A stretch of DNA of 64,000 nucleotides from an uncultured Candidatus Bathyarchaeia archaeon (GTDB lineage: Archaea; Thermoproteota; Bathyarchaeia; Bathyarchaeales; Bathycorpusculaceae), in contig CAYPSV010000001.1 in assembly GCA_964413605.1 (NCBI GenBank), positions 47,628 through 111,627 of the forward strand. The letters run 5' to 3'. Both the position numbers and the translations under genes were made by a program. Below are positions 26,810 to 35,451 of this stretch, piece by piece. The stretch's first letter is position 1. Each line of letters begins with the position of its first letter. The notes beneath the pieces are model-generated. The model did not search any database, was not told where the DNA came from, and saw only the letters and a list, made by a program, of their open reading frames with translations.

Positions 26810-27891
26810 TAACAAACCCAGACATAGAAAAAATCATAAACAAATACGACCAAAAAAAACTCGCCATCGCAACATTAGGATCACACAGTTCCCTCAACAT
26901 CTTCAAAGGCGCCAAAGAAGAAGGCTTCAAAACCATCTGTATCTGCAAAGAAAAAGACGCCATCATGTACCAAAAATATCCGCTGGTTGATGAGTTAATC
27001 ATAGTTAAAGACTTCACAGAGTTGCTCAACGAAAAACTCCAAGAAAGACTGCGCAACCTTAACGTAGTTTTAATTCCACACGGCTCCTTTACAGCATACT
27101 TAAGCACAGAACAATTAACAAACAAACTCTATGTGCCCATGTTCGGAAACCGCCAACTGCTACACTGGGAAGCAAACCGAAAAAGCCAAGAAGAATGGCT
27201 AAGACAAGCGGGACTCAGACTACCCGCGACTTTCAAAACACCTGAAGACATTGACCGTCTAATAATCGCCAAACTTCAAGGTGCCAAAGGCGGAAGAGGC
27301 TACTTCCTCGCCAACTCACCTGAAAACTTCCATAAACAATTCAGCGAAATGGTCAAACGCGGAATGCTAACAAAAGACGACCTCTCAAGCATCCACCTCC
27401 AAGAATACGCGTTGGGCGTTAACGTCTACCCCAGCTACTTCAGCTCCATCATAAACAACGATGTCGAGATGCTCTGCATAGACAGACGCTACGAATCAGC
27501 AGTCGACTCTATCGGCAAAATCCCAGCAAGCCAACAACTTGAAATCGACATAAACCCAACTTACACCGTTGTTGGCAACTTCCCAATTGTGCTTCGAGAA
27601 TCTCTTCTGCCAGAAATCATTCGGATGGGAGAAAACGTACACAAAAAAGCACGCGAGCTTGCACCCCCCGGAATCATCGGACCGTTCTGCCTTGAAACAG
27701 TTATCACCGACGAAGCCAAAATCTACACCTTCGAAATCTCAGCACGCATTGTTGCTGGAACAAACGTTGGCATCGGTACCTCGCCTTATGCTTATCTAAA
27801 ATACGGCGAAAACATGTACATGGGCAGACGTATAGCAATGGAATTCAAAGAAGCTATCAAACAAAAACGACTTCAAGACATAGTAGCCTAA
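26806..27891 (+). CDS. purP: Second PurP-family paralogue
   Basis: LAIATLGSHSSLNIFKGAKEEGFKTICIC, LIPHGSF and MFGNRQLLHWE. ATG 26806 overlaps the purP1 stop (ATGA). The longer track ORF from 26677 is rejected. Confidence 0.85.
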   Translation: MITNPDIEKIINKYDQKKLAIATLGSHSSLNIFKGAKEEGFKTICICKEKDAIMYQKYPLVDELIIVKDFTELLNEKLQERLRNLNVVLIPHGSFTAYLSTEQLTNKLYVPMFGNRQLLHWEANRKSQEEWLRQAGLRLPATFKTPEDIDRLIIAKLQGAKGGRGYFLANSPENFHKQFSEMVKRGMLTKDDLSSIHLQEYALGVNVYPSYFSSIINNDVEMLCIDRRYESAVDSIGKIPASQQLEIDINPTYTVVGNFPIVLRESLLPEIIRMGENVHKKARELAPPGIIGPFCLETVITDEAKIYTFEISARIVAGTNVGIGTSPYAYLKYGENMYMGRRIAMEFKEAIKQKRLQDIVA

Positions 27892-27896
27892 TACTG

Positions 27897-28658
27897 CTAT
27901 TCAAGGCATAAATTCAAGAGCTCTTCAAAATTCTTGCGGCTTCTTTCTTTTTTGTAACTCTTCAAAGCAACAACAAGCTTAGCTTTGTTTCTTTGCCCCA
28001 AGATTTTAGCAATCTTTTTTCCAGCATCGCTGTTGCCTTGGAAGAGGAATTGGCACACAGAAGTAACGTTAGAAGCATTCCGAGATAGACTGGCGGTTTC
28101 AAAGTCCACGATGAAAGGCTCTCCAGCGCTGTCGACAAGCAAATGCTTTGGTGCTTTGCTGAGTTCTCCGTGGTCTAAGTATATTTCATCTAGCCGCCAA
28201 CATTGCTCCAAAATTTCCTCCAAGACCCTACGCAAAAAACCTGTATCCGCTTGAGCTTCAACCCAATCGGGAAAAACGTCGCCATCAATTAGCTGCATCA
28301 ATAAAAAATCCTTCGTGACTGCAACAAACTTCGGCCCAACTTCAACGCTGTTTGCTTTTAGAAGCAGCTCTGCTTCATGCTCAAGGCTTTCTCTATCAGC
28401 ATCACTTCTACGCATCTTAAGCGCAAATCGCTTTCCATTGATATGAGCTACCGCTACTACTCCGACATAACCTTTGCCAAAAACGGGAAGCGTAAAAGCA
28501 GTCGACTTGCCAGAAAACTCCACAGATTGGACACCAAGACGCTGCAATTGTTCAAGGCGACTATCCATTTGAGTTGGCGTTGCTCGTGGATAACAAACGA
28601 CTGAAGCGTACGGTTCAGCTCTGACGTTTTCGACCGGCACGATGGTTGGCGGTTTCAC
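27897..28658 (-). CDS. Atypical (RIO/Bud32-like, COG2112-type) predicted Ser/Thr protein kinase
   Basis: GKGYVGVV...FALKMRR (Gly-loop and Lys), HGELSKAPKHLLV (catalytic loop-like) and IVDFETAS (DFG-like). GTG start. Confidence 0.6.
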   Translation of the reverse strand: MKPPTIVPVENVRAEPYASVVCYPRATPTQMDSRLEQLQRLGVQSVEFSGKSTAFTLPVFGKGYVGVVAVAHINGKRFALKMRRSDADRESLEHEAELLLKANSVEVGPKFVAVTKDFLLMQLIDGDVFPDWVEAQADTGFLRRVLEEILEQCWRLDEIYLDHGELSKAPKHLLVDSAGEPFIVDFETASLSRNASNVTSVCQFLFQGNSDAGKKIAKILGQRNKAKLVVALKSYKKERSRKNFEELLNLCLE

Positions 28659-28779
28659 CTTTTAATCCTCTTAGCCATAAACATGAGGCTAGTTAATTAA
28701 AGCTTAAGTGGATATGACAAATTCGCTTTAAAATACAATTTTGGCGAAGGCCCTCTCGAATATTTGTTCTATCTTTAAG

Positions 28780-28790
28780 TTTATAATAAA
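28780..28790 (+). promoter_or_regulatory. Candidate TATA box for the EF-2-like gene
   Basis: tttataataaa lies about 45 nt upstream of ATG 28833. It is too close to ATG 28800 for that codon to be transcribed if this is the TATA box. Confidence 0.35.
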
Positions 28791-28832
28791 AAAGATAATA
28801 TGCATATCAGAACTATCCTAAACAGTTGCCAC

Positions 28833-30965
28833 ATGCCGCACTTTAAACAAATACCCCAAATTCAACAACTGATGAGCAACAAAGAACTCATCCGAAACAT
28901 AGGCATAATTGCGCACATCGATCACGGAAAAACCACACTTGCTGATTCCCTACTGGCTGGAACAGGTTTGCTATCGCCAAGAATGGCTGGTTCCGCACGT
29001 GTGCTGGATTACCTTGAAGAAGAGCAGAAACGAAAAATCACAATAAAAACAGCTAACATTAGTCTGCTCTACAAAACAGACAGAAATCCTTTCCTAATCA
29101 ACTTAGTTGATACACCTGGACATGTGGACTTTACAGGCAAAGTTACCCGAGCCCTGCGGGTAATTGACGGTGCAGTGGTTATTGTAGATGCAGTCGAGGA
29201 GATTATGGCGCAAACAGAAATCCTCACAAGACAAGCGCTTCAAGAACGAGTACGTCCAGCGCTCTTCATCAACAAAGTTGACCGTCTAATAGTTGAACTG
29301 CAGCTTAACGAAGAACAAATCCAAAAAAAGCTTAACCACATAATCGGATCCTTCAATGACCTCATAGAACTTTATGCAGACGCTCCTTTTAAGAAGCAAT
29401 GGAAAATAAATTCTTCAAATGGCAATTTGGCTTTTGGTTCAGCCTTGCACGGTTGGGGATTTACACTAAACATGGTGAAACGCCAAAACGTAAAATTCTC
29501 AGACATAATAAAAGCCTATCGAGAGGGCAGACAGATAGAGCTGCAGAGAAACCTCCCTGTTTCAGAAGCCGTTTTTAAAATGGCTATTGAATCGCTTCCG
29601 AATCCTCGTAAAGCACAATCTTACCGAGTTGAAAAAATCTGGGCTGGACACACAGACTCTAAAGTTGGTAGGGCATTGGTCGCTTGCAGAGACGATGGAC
29701 CAACTGTAACATTCATTACAAATGTACATTCAGAAACAGACGGTAGCGCTATCGCCACTGGAAGAATTTTCGCCGGCAAAATCAAGGTGGGTGATAAGTT
29801 GCATCTTGTTGACGCCTTAATCGAAACGGAGGTTAAGCAAGTTTCTATTGATATGGGATCGTTCCGAGAAGAGGTCACTGAAGTTTCTGCTGGAAACTTG
29901 ACTTCCTTGACCCTATCTGGTCAGGTTAAGATTGGTGAAACCATCGTTGATATGTCGCATAAGGTTGGTATGGTGCCCTTCGAAGGAATATGCTATCTTT
30001 CAGAGGCTGTTATCACATTAGCTGTTGAACCCAAAAACCCCCAAGACTTGCCACTTTTAATATCGGGGCTCGAGAAGCTTACCGTTGAAGACCCAAATCT
30101 GAAAATGGATGTGGACAAAGAAACAGGAGAATACTTACTAAGCGGTATGGGTGAGCTGCATCTGGAAATAGCTATAACTCAGCTCAAGAACGCTTGCGGT
30201 ATTGATGTTACAGTCTCATCTCCAAGAGTTGTTTACAAAGAAACTGTTTCAAAGAAGGGCGTTGTTGCTTTGGCAAAAAGTCCCAACAAGCTGAATTGTT
30301 TTTGGTTGCAAGTTGAGCCTGAAGCTGAAGAACAAGCTGCGCCTCTAGAAGCCGAAGAATTAGGAAACATACTTGCAATTGATGAAAACCGAAATGTACT
30401 TTTAGATTGCAGGAGAAAACCCGACAGAGTTTCCGATGAAGTTTTAGAAGCAATTATCGCTGGGTTTGAGTATGCTTGCAAAGCAGGTCCGTTGTGTGGG
30501 GAACCGATTAGGCATTTACAAGTAAAGCTGATTGATATGCAGCTTGAAGAAGTAGAATCAGCTCTATCCGAAGTCACGCACGGAGTCGGAAAAGCAATCT
30601 TTGGTAGTTTCCTAACAGCTCAACCAACTCTTCTTGAACCCATTTATAAAATCACAATAACCGTAGCTACAGAATTGTCCGGTGAATCCTCAAGAATCCT
30701 AAGCACTCGAAGAGGCAAAATCACCTTATTTGAACAAAAAGGGCTGCTCACACACATCAGCGGTTTCATTCCTGTTTCCGAAACCTTCGGTTTCTCCAAA
30801 GAATTGCGCTCGGCAACCTCGGGGCGTGCGTTTTGGCAATCCTTCTTTGACCACTGGGAAAAGATGCCCCAAAAGTTGGCGACGAATGTAATTAACGATT
30901 TACGTCAGCGCAAAGGGCTTGCTCCTAAAGTGCCTAAACCAGAGAAATTTATGGAGCCTCAATAA
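28833..30965 (+). CDS. Elongation factor 2-like translational GTPase (divergent domain IV tip)
   Basis: IRNIGIIAHIDHGKTTLADSLL (G1), DTPGHVDF (G3), NKVD (G4) and GELHLEI. The domain IV loops read SPNKLNC and LSEVTHGVG where I remember SPNKHN[KR] and H-E-D-A-I-H-R-G in canonical aEF-2. Confidence 0.85.
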   Translation: MPHFKQIPQIQQLMSNKELIRNIGIIAHIDHGKTTLADSLLAGTGLLSPRMAGSARVLDYLEEEQKRKITIKTANISLLYKTDRNPFLINLVDTPGHVDFTGKVTRALRVIDGAVVIVDAVEEIMAQTEILTRQALQERVRPALFINKVDRLIVELQLNEEQIQKKLNHIIGSFNDLIELYADAPFKKQWKINSSNGNLAFGSALHGWGFTLNMVKRQNVKFSDIIKAYREGRQIELQRNLPVSEAVFKMAIESLPNPRKAQSYRVEKIWAGHTDSKVGRALVACRDDGPTVTFITNVHSETDGSAIATGRIFAGKIKVGDKLHLVDALIETEVKQVSIDMGSFREEVTEVSAGNLTSLTLSGQVKIGETIVDMSHKVGMVPFEGICYLSEAVITLAVEPKNPQDLPLLISGLEKLTVEDPNLKMDVDKETGEYLLSGMGELHLEIAITQLKNACGIDVTVSSPRVVYKETVSKKGVVALAKSPNKLNCFWLQVEPEAEEQAAPLEAEELGNILAIDENRNVLLDCRRKPDRVSDEVLEAIIAGFEYACKAGPLCGEPIRHLQVKLIDMQLEEVESALSEVTHGVGKAIFGSFLTAQPTLLEPIYKITITVATELSGESSRILSTRRGKITLFEQKGLLTHISGFIPVSETFGFSKELRSATSGRAFWQSFFDHWEKMPQKLATNVINDLRQRKGLAPKVPKPEKFMEPQ

Positions 30966-31825
30966 TGCTTCTTGATATTCCATTTGACTTGAATTTTTCG
31001 CTATGCTGCGGGCAGGTGTTCAGATGGAAAAAAATTGGCGACTGGTGGTACGGTGTCGTCGGCGAAACTGTATTCAAAATCCATCAATTCGACTATAACT
31101 TAGAATTTGAAGGCGTCAGCGAAGAGTTTGTACGGAATTATTTTAGATTAGACGACGATTTAGCTAAAATCAGCCGAAATATCGCTAAAGACCCACACAT
31201 CGGCAAAGCTCTGAAAAGGTTTGAGGGGTTACGGTTAGTGCGGCAAAAACCTTGGGAATGCCTTATCGGTTTTATATGCTCCATTTACAAGAACATCGCC
31301 GCCATCGAACAAATGCTCCAGCGACTTTCAGAAAAATACGGAGAAAAATGCTCATTTGACGGTCTTGAATTCTATTTGTTTCCCACTATCGACAGATTGG
31401 CTAATTTAAGTGAGGATAAACTGCGAGAATGTGGATTGGGTTTTAGGGCAAAATATGTTCTGACAACTGCACGAAAAATTCGTAAAGAAGACCTGAATCT
31501 TCAAAACCTTAAAGTTTTGTCATATTTGGACGCCCGAAACAAACTTCTAGAATGCCCTGGTGTAGGCTTGAAAGTGGCAGATTGCGTACTGCTATTTTCG
31601 TTAAACAAAATGGAGGCTTTCCCAGTGGATGTTTGGGTTAAACGGGTAATTCTAAACCATTACGCAGACAAATTTCCCTCCGATCTGGTAAACAAAATGC
31701 GAAGTCACAACTCCCTAACCAACGGAGAATACCTAAAAATTGGAGAGTTCGCCAGAAACTATTTTGGAGCCTATGCTGGTTATGCACAAGAATATCTCTA
31801 CCATTTTGAAAGAACACAATATTAA
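30965..31825 (+). CDS. ogg: 8-oxoguanine DNA glycosylase / HhH-GPD family (Ogg1-like)
   Basis: N-terminal CCGQVFRWKK, the HhH-GPD motif LLECPGVGLKVADCVLLFSL and AFPVDVWVKR. Confidence 0.8.
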   Translation: MLLDIPFDLNFSLCCGQVFRWKKIGDWWYGVVGETVFKIHQFDYNLEFEGVSEEFVRNYFRLDDDLAKISRNIAKDPHIGKALKRFEGLRLVRQKPWECLIGFICSIYKNIAAIEQMLQRLSEKYGEKCSFDGLEFYLFPTIDRLANLSEDKLRECGLGFRAKYVLTTARKIRKEDLNLQNLKVLSYLDARNKLLECPGVGLKVADCVLLFSLNKMEAFPVDVWVKRVILNHYADKFPSDLVNKMRSHNSLTNGEYLKIGEFARNYFGAYAGYAQEYLYHFERTQY

Positions 31826-31864
31826 AATGGCAAAAAACAACATTTCCCTAACCGGTGAATATTG

Positions 31865-32116
31865 ATGAGTGAGGGCAAACTTAATCAATTAATAAAACAA
31901 AAAAGAATTTTCCTTCGACAAACTATGAAAGATTACGCTTCAGGAGGCAACGACATGCTTGACGATCTGGAAACAATCCTTGTTGAGGCAAAAACAGAAA
32001 TTACGCACAATTTAGAGCTCGCAAGCTGTCTAAAAGAAGAAAACGAAGAATCATACAAAAAAGAATGTCTATCCATGTTTGATGCATGGTACGAGAAATG
32101 GTTCGGCAAAACCTGA
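31865..32116 (+). CDS. Small hypothetical protein ending in WYEKWFG
   Basis: ORF with a paralogue-like partner at 50050-50313. Shared features are IL.E.K.E and W[YF].KWFG. Confidence 0.45.
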   Translation: MSEGKLNQLIKQKRIFLRQTMKDYASGGNDMLDDLETILVEAKTEITHNLELASCLKEENEESYKKECLSMFDAWYEKWFGKT

Positions 32117-32210
32117 TTTCCCCAATTTTTTGTTACGACATTCCTTTGCATTGGGCAAGGCGGAAAATGTTTAAATGCTGTACAAACAGCAATTATTAAG
32201 AACAAGCAAT

Positions 32211-32289
<79 letters not shown>

Positions 32290-32471
32290 TTTTAACTTAT
32301 CATAAAACACCGGATTTACACTCTTAACTTCTCTTTTAGATCTCTATTATTTTTTGCAAAACCCTGCTGCTTTGAATTTTTGCCTCTTTAGAAAATTAAG
32401 TTATTGGGCAAGGTTATTGGGTAAATAGAATTAACAAAAAACCTCATCAATAATTCAATATCAGCTTTTTG

Positions 32472-32744
32472 TTACCGTTTTAACTTATAGAGCAAGACTG
32501 TTGTGGCCGCAATCATTATCGCGATCCAAAATACAAGGTCAATGAGCAGGGTTGCAATGTTTACGCTCCATTGGTTAACTGGTCCTGCAATTGTGCTTTG
32601 GGCGTTTGTTGCCCATACAAGTGGCAATCCGTAATCCACGTGCACAAAGTCTGGCCAGTTGTATGTTATGCCCCAAAGCAAAGCTGCAGCAGTAATGATC
32701 AACCATATGATCATGAAGCTTAGGATATATTCTATCTTTCGCAT
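32472..32744 (-). CDS. Small membrane protein (90 aa, 3 TM)
   Basis: Hydrophobic, Trp-rich segments IIWLIITAAALLWGI and LIDLVFWIAIMIAATTVLLY. Confidence 0.5.
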   Translation of the reverse strand: MRKIEYILSFMIIWLIITAAALLWGITYNWPDFVHVDYGLPLVWATNAQSTIAGPVNQWSVNIATLLIDLVFWIAIMIAATTVLLYKLKR

Positions 32745-32910
32745 ATGGAAATTTGAAAGACTGTAACCCTAATAAGTTTTAGTTTTTGAAAGTTATCTCT
32801 AGACTATGGATTAAATTAGTCAGACACTTAAGGTAAATTAAACATAGCCTCTTTAATTGAAGCTATATTTTTATGTGACAGTTATAAATGCTAATCCTGA
32901 TTGATTAACA

Positions 32911-34005
32911 ATGTCTGAAGTTGTTGCAGAAAGTCTTTCTGGTCTCCTGCGAGGTTTAATATCTGGAACCATCGCTTTTTTCCTGGTAATGTTATTATCA
33001 ATTGTTTACAGGTATTTTACAAACGAAAAATTATCTTCTTTCATTGGCATAGTTTTTGGACTGGGCTTTTTGGGATTTTCAGGAGGGCTACTAGCAATTT
33101 TAGAGCAACCCACTTTGGGAGGCGTGATCGAAATCGTGGCAGTAGCAATAATGATCGTTTGGGGTCTTAACACTGGCGACAAAATAGCCGAAAAGATTCC
33201 GAGAAAAAGCGCCTCTTCAATATTAGAGGGTATTAGAGGAGGAAAAATAACTTACACCACGATCAAAATGCCTATTTCACGGCTAATACGTGACATGGTC
33301 GGAAAGCCTAGAGTTCCTGATTCATTGAAAGCGGAATTATCAGAACGCGAATTCACCTTGCCAAGTGACCTTCCACTCGAAGAAATCACCAATAGAGTAA
33401 AGAGACGTTTAATTACAGATTGGGGCATAGGGGACGTGGAACTTGAATTGGACCAAGAACACAAAGTAATCCATTTAGCAATATCCGCAAAGGAAAGAGG
33501 CTTAAGCGAGACTATACCCGAAGGCAGCGTGGCTATACCGATAGAATGTAATGTGATTCCGTCCAACCTAGTTTCGGGTGATTTGGTAAAACTTTTCTTT
33601 GAAAATAACGAAGTCATGGAGAAAATAGAAATAAAAGGCGTAGATGAAGAACACAAAGTAATAACCATAGTCGCCGATTTGGGTTTACTTGACACAATTC
33701 GGGGCAAGAAAGCATCTTTGGTGGTAGCTCTGCCGTCCGACACACCTAAACAGGCAATTAGTGTAGAACAAATATCAGGTGAAATTGAAGATTTTAAATT
33801 TCAAAGAATTGTCAGTTCTCTAAAAAAAGTTGGGGTAAATAACGAACTCGCAAGCAAGATTGTTATGAACGTTCAAGCTAGACTAAGCAAATTAGATCCG
33901 CCAGTTTCTACGAGGTTAATTAAAGCGGCAGTCGTAGAAGAATTGGAAAAGGAAGACCCAGATGCTACAAAAAAATTGAGAAAACGAAAAATATTTGGTC
34001 CATAA
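32911..34005 (+). CDS. Membrane protein with cytoplasmic domains including a C-terminal ATP-cone-like module
   Basis: Three or four N-terminal TM helices. The C-terminus GEIEDFKFQRIVSSLKKVGVNNELASKIVMNVQARLSKLDPPVSTRLIKAAVVEELEK fits the ATP-cone pattern as I remember it. Confidence 0.55.
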   Translation: MSEVVAESLSGLLRGLISGTIAFFLVMLLSIVYRYFTNEKLSSFIGIVFGLGFLGFSGGLLAILEQPTLGGVIEIVAVAIMIVWGLNTGDKIAEKIPRKSASSILEGIRGGKITYTTIKMPISRLIRDMVGKPRVPDSLKAELSEREFTLPSDLPLEEITNRVKRRLITDWGIGDVELELDQEHKVIHLAISAKERGLSETIPEGSVAIPIECNVIPSNLVSGDLVKLFFENNEVMEKIEIKGVDEEHKVITIVADLGLLDTIRGKKASLVVALPSDTPKQAISVEQISGEIEDFKFQRIVSSLKKVGVNNELASKIVMNVQARLSKLDPPVSTRLIKAAVVEELEKEDPDATKKLRKRKIFGP

Positions 34006-34139
34006 AAACAGTATTTTGCAAACACCTTTTGACAAATCATTTATTGCATAAATATTATTAAATAGGTATTTCTTCCTTATGCAAGCGACCAATTTTTAGA
34101 TCGCGTAAGGAGGAGCCATTCAGCTTGCATTTGGAACAG

Positions 34140-34454
34140 ATGAAGAAAGAAATTGAAGCACTAGTTATTAAGAAGGGTTTTTACAACAAGCCTGAAGACA
34201 TACCAAAAAAACTGCTCTTTGCCTTTATCGAACTAGGTGAAGCAAGTGACGCATGGAAAAAAGGATTGCCTGAGGAAAAAATCGCAGAAGAATTAATCGA
34301 CGTAATCTTTTATGTTTTAGATGCCAGCCGCTTAGCTTGCCCAAACATGAACATGGATGAAATATTCAAAAAGAAACTAGAAAAAAACCTTGACAGGCCT
34401 TACCAGTACGGCGAAGGACACCGATTCAAAAGGCTTGAAGAAACACAAAAATAA
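34140..34454 (+). CDS. MazG-like nucleotide pyrophosphohydrolase
   Basis: LLFAFIELGEASDAWKK and EELIDVIFYVLD are the EExxE/D-type all-alpha NTP-PPase motifs. Confidence 0.75.
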   Translation: MKKEIEALVIKKGFYNKPEDIPKKLLFAFIELGEASDAWKKGLPEEKIAEELIDVIFYVLDASRLACPNMNMDEIFKKKLEKNLDRPYQYGEGHRFKRLEETQK

Positions 34455-34499
34455 CCTCAAAGATTATTTTAAACTACAAATAACTGCTGTGGACGTAAA

Positions 34500-34925
34500 G
34501 TGGAATTTACTTACCCAACCAATATGCTGTTTTATTGCAGCAAATGTGGCTTGTGCTGTGGTGATACAAAACAAAAACCACGATGCATCTTGCTCTTGGA
34601 GTCAGAAGCAACCGACATATCAAACCTAACACATCAACCAAAACAACATTTCGCCAATGAGGTAAAAAACAAAGCACCTTACCTGTATGAAATGAAAAAA
34701 AACAGTCAAGGTAAATGCTTGTTTCTAGAAGACAACAACTGCGCTATTTACGAGCATAGACCGTTAATCTGTAGGTTCTATCCTTTTGAGCTAAAATTTT
34801 CACAGGACAAAGAAAACTATACTTTTGAATTCACGCTTGAATGTCCGGAAATAGGTAAAGGCAAAAAACTCGCCAAAAAGGATTTTGAAAAACTGTTTAC
34901 AATGGCAAAAGAAAGACTATGTTAG
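34500..34925 (+). CDS. YkgJ/UPF0153 family Cys-cluster protein
   Basis: CSKCGLCC, then C.FL....C.IYE.RPLICRFYPF. Confidence 0.75.
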   Translation: MEFTYPTNMLFYCSKCGLCCGDTKQKPRCILLLESEATDISNLTHQPKQHFANEVKNKAPYLYEMKKNSQGKCLFLEDNNCAIYEHRPLICRFYPFELKFSQDKENYTFEFTLECPEIGKGKKLAKKDFEKLFTMAKERLC

Positions 34926-35386
34926 AGTTGCTTCAAAACATTAGTCTGTTCTATTGTGAAACCGCAATAATGGCATTTCAAAACTAGAGGCTCTTCTTGT
35001 TTTGCATGAAACTTTGTGGTTATTGGTTCTTCACTATTACTTATGCAGCATGGATTAACACATTTCAATATGCCTTCAAAAGTGATAGGCAACTTTACCT
35101 CTACTTTTTCAATCACAGCATAATCCCGAATAATGTTTATCGACGCATGAGGTGCAACTAAGGCTATTCTGTTAACTTCTTGTGAGCTGAGCTCTTTTCC
35201 CTCAATCTTTACAATATCCTTAACCCTAAAACGTTTACTAGGGACATTAATGGCAATAGTCATAACTCTCTTCTCTTTGCCAGTTATCCCTAAAATCTTT
35301 ACAACATCCAAAGCAAATCCTCCTCGAATATGGTCAATGACGGTGCCATCTTTAATTTTGGTAACCCTCAGCTCACGATCACTCAT
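34922..35386 (-). CDS. pyrI: Aspartate carbamoyltransferase regulatory chain
   Basis: LRVTKIKDGTVIDHI and the C-terminal Zn domain CVNPCCISN...CHYCG. Confidence 0.9.
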   Translation of the reverse strand: MSDRELRVTKIKDGTVIDHIRGGFALDVVKILGITGKEKRVMTIAINVPSKRFRVKDIVKIEGKELSSQEVNRIALVAPHASINIIRDYAVIEKVEVKLPITFEGILKCVNPCCISNSEEPITTKFHAKQEEPLVLKCHYCGFTIEQTNVLKQL

Positions 35387-35451
35387 ATAGGATCATCTCT
35401 CGTAAAGGCTACACAAAGGGAACAGATAAAATTTTACTCAGAGCTCCAATC

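Noticed and set aside
33252-33743. 163-aa antisense ORF opposite the membrane/ATP-cone protein gene.
   Set aside because: A shadow ORF with no motifs; the sense-strand ORF is longer and shows TM and domain organisation.
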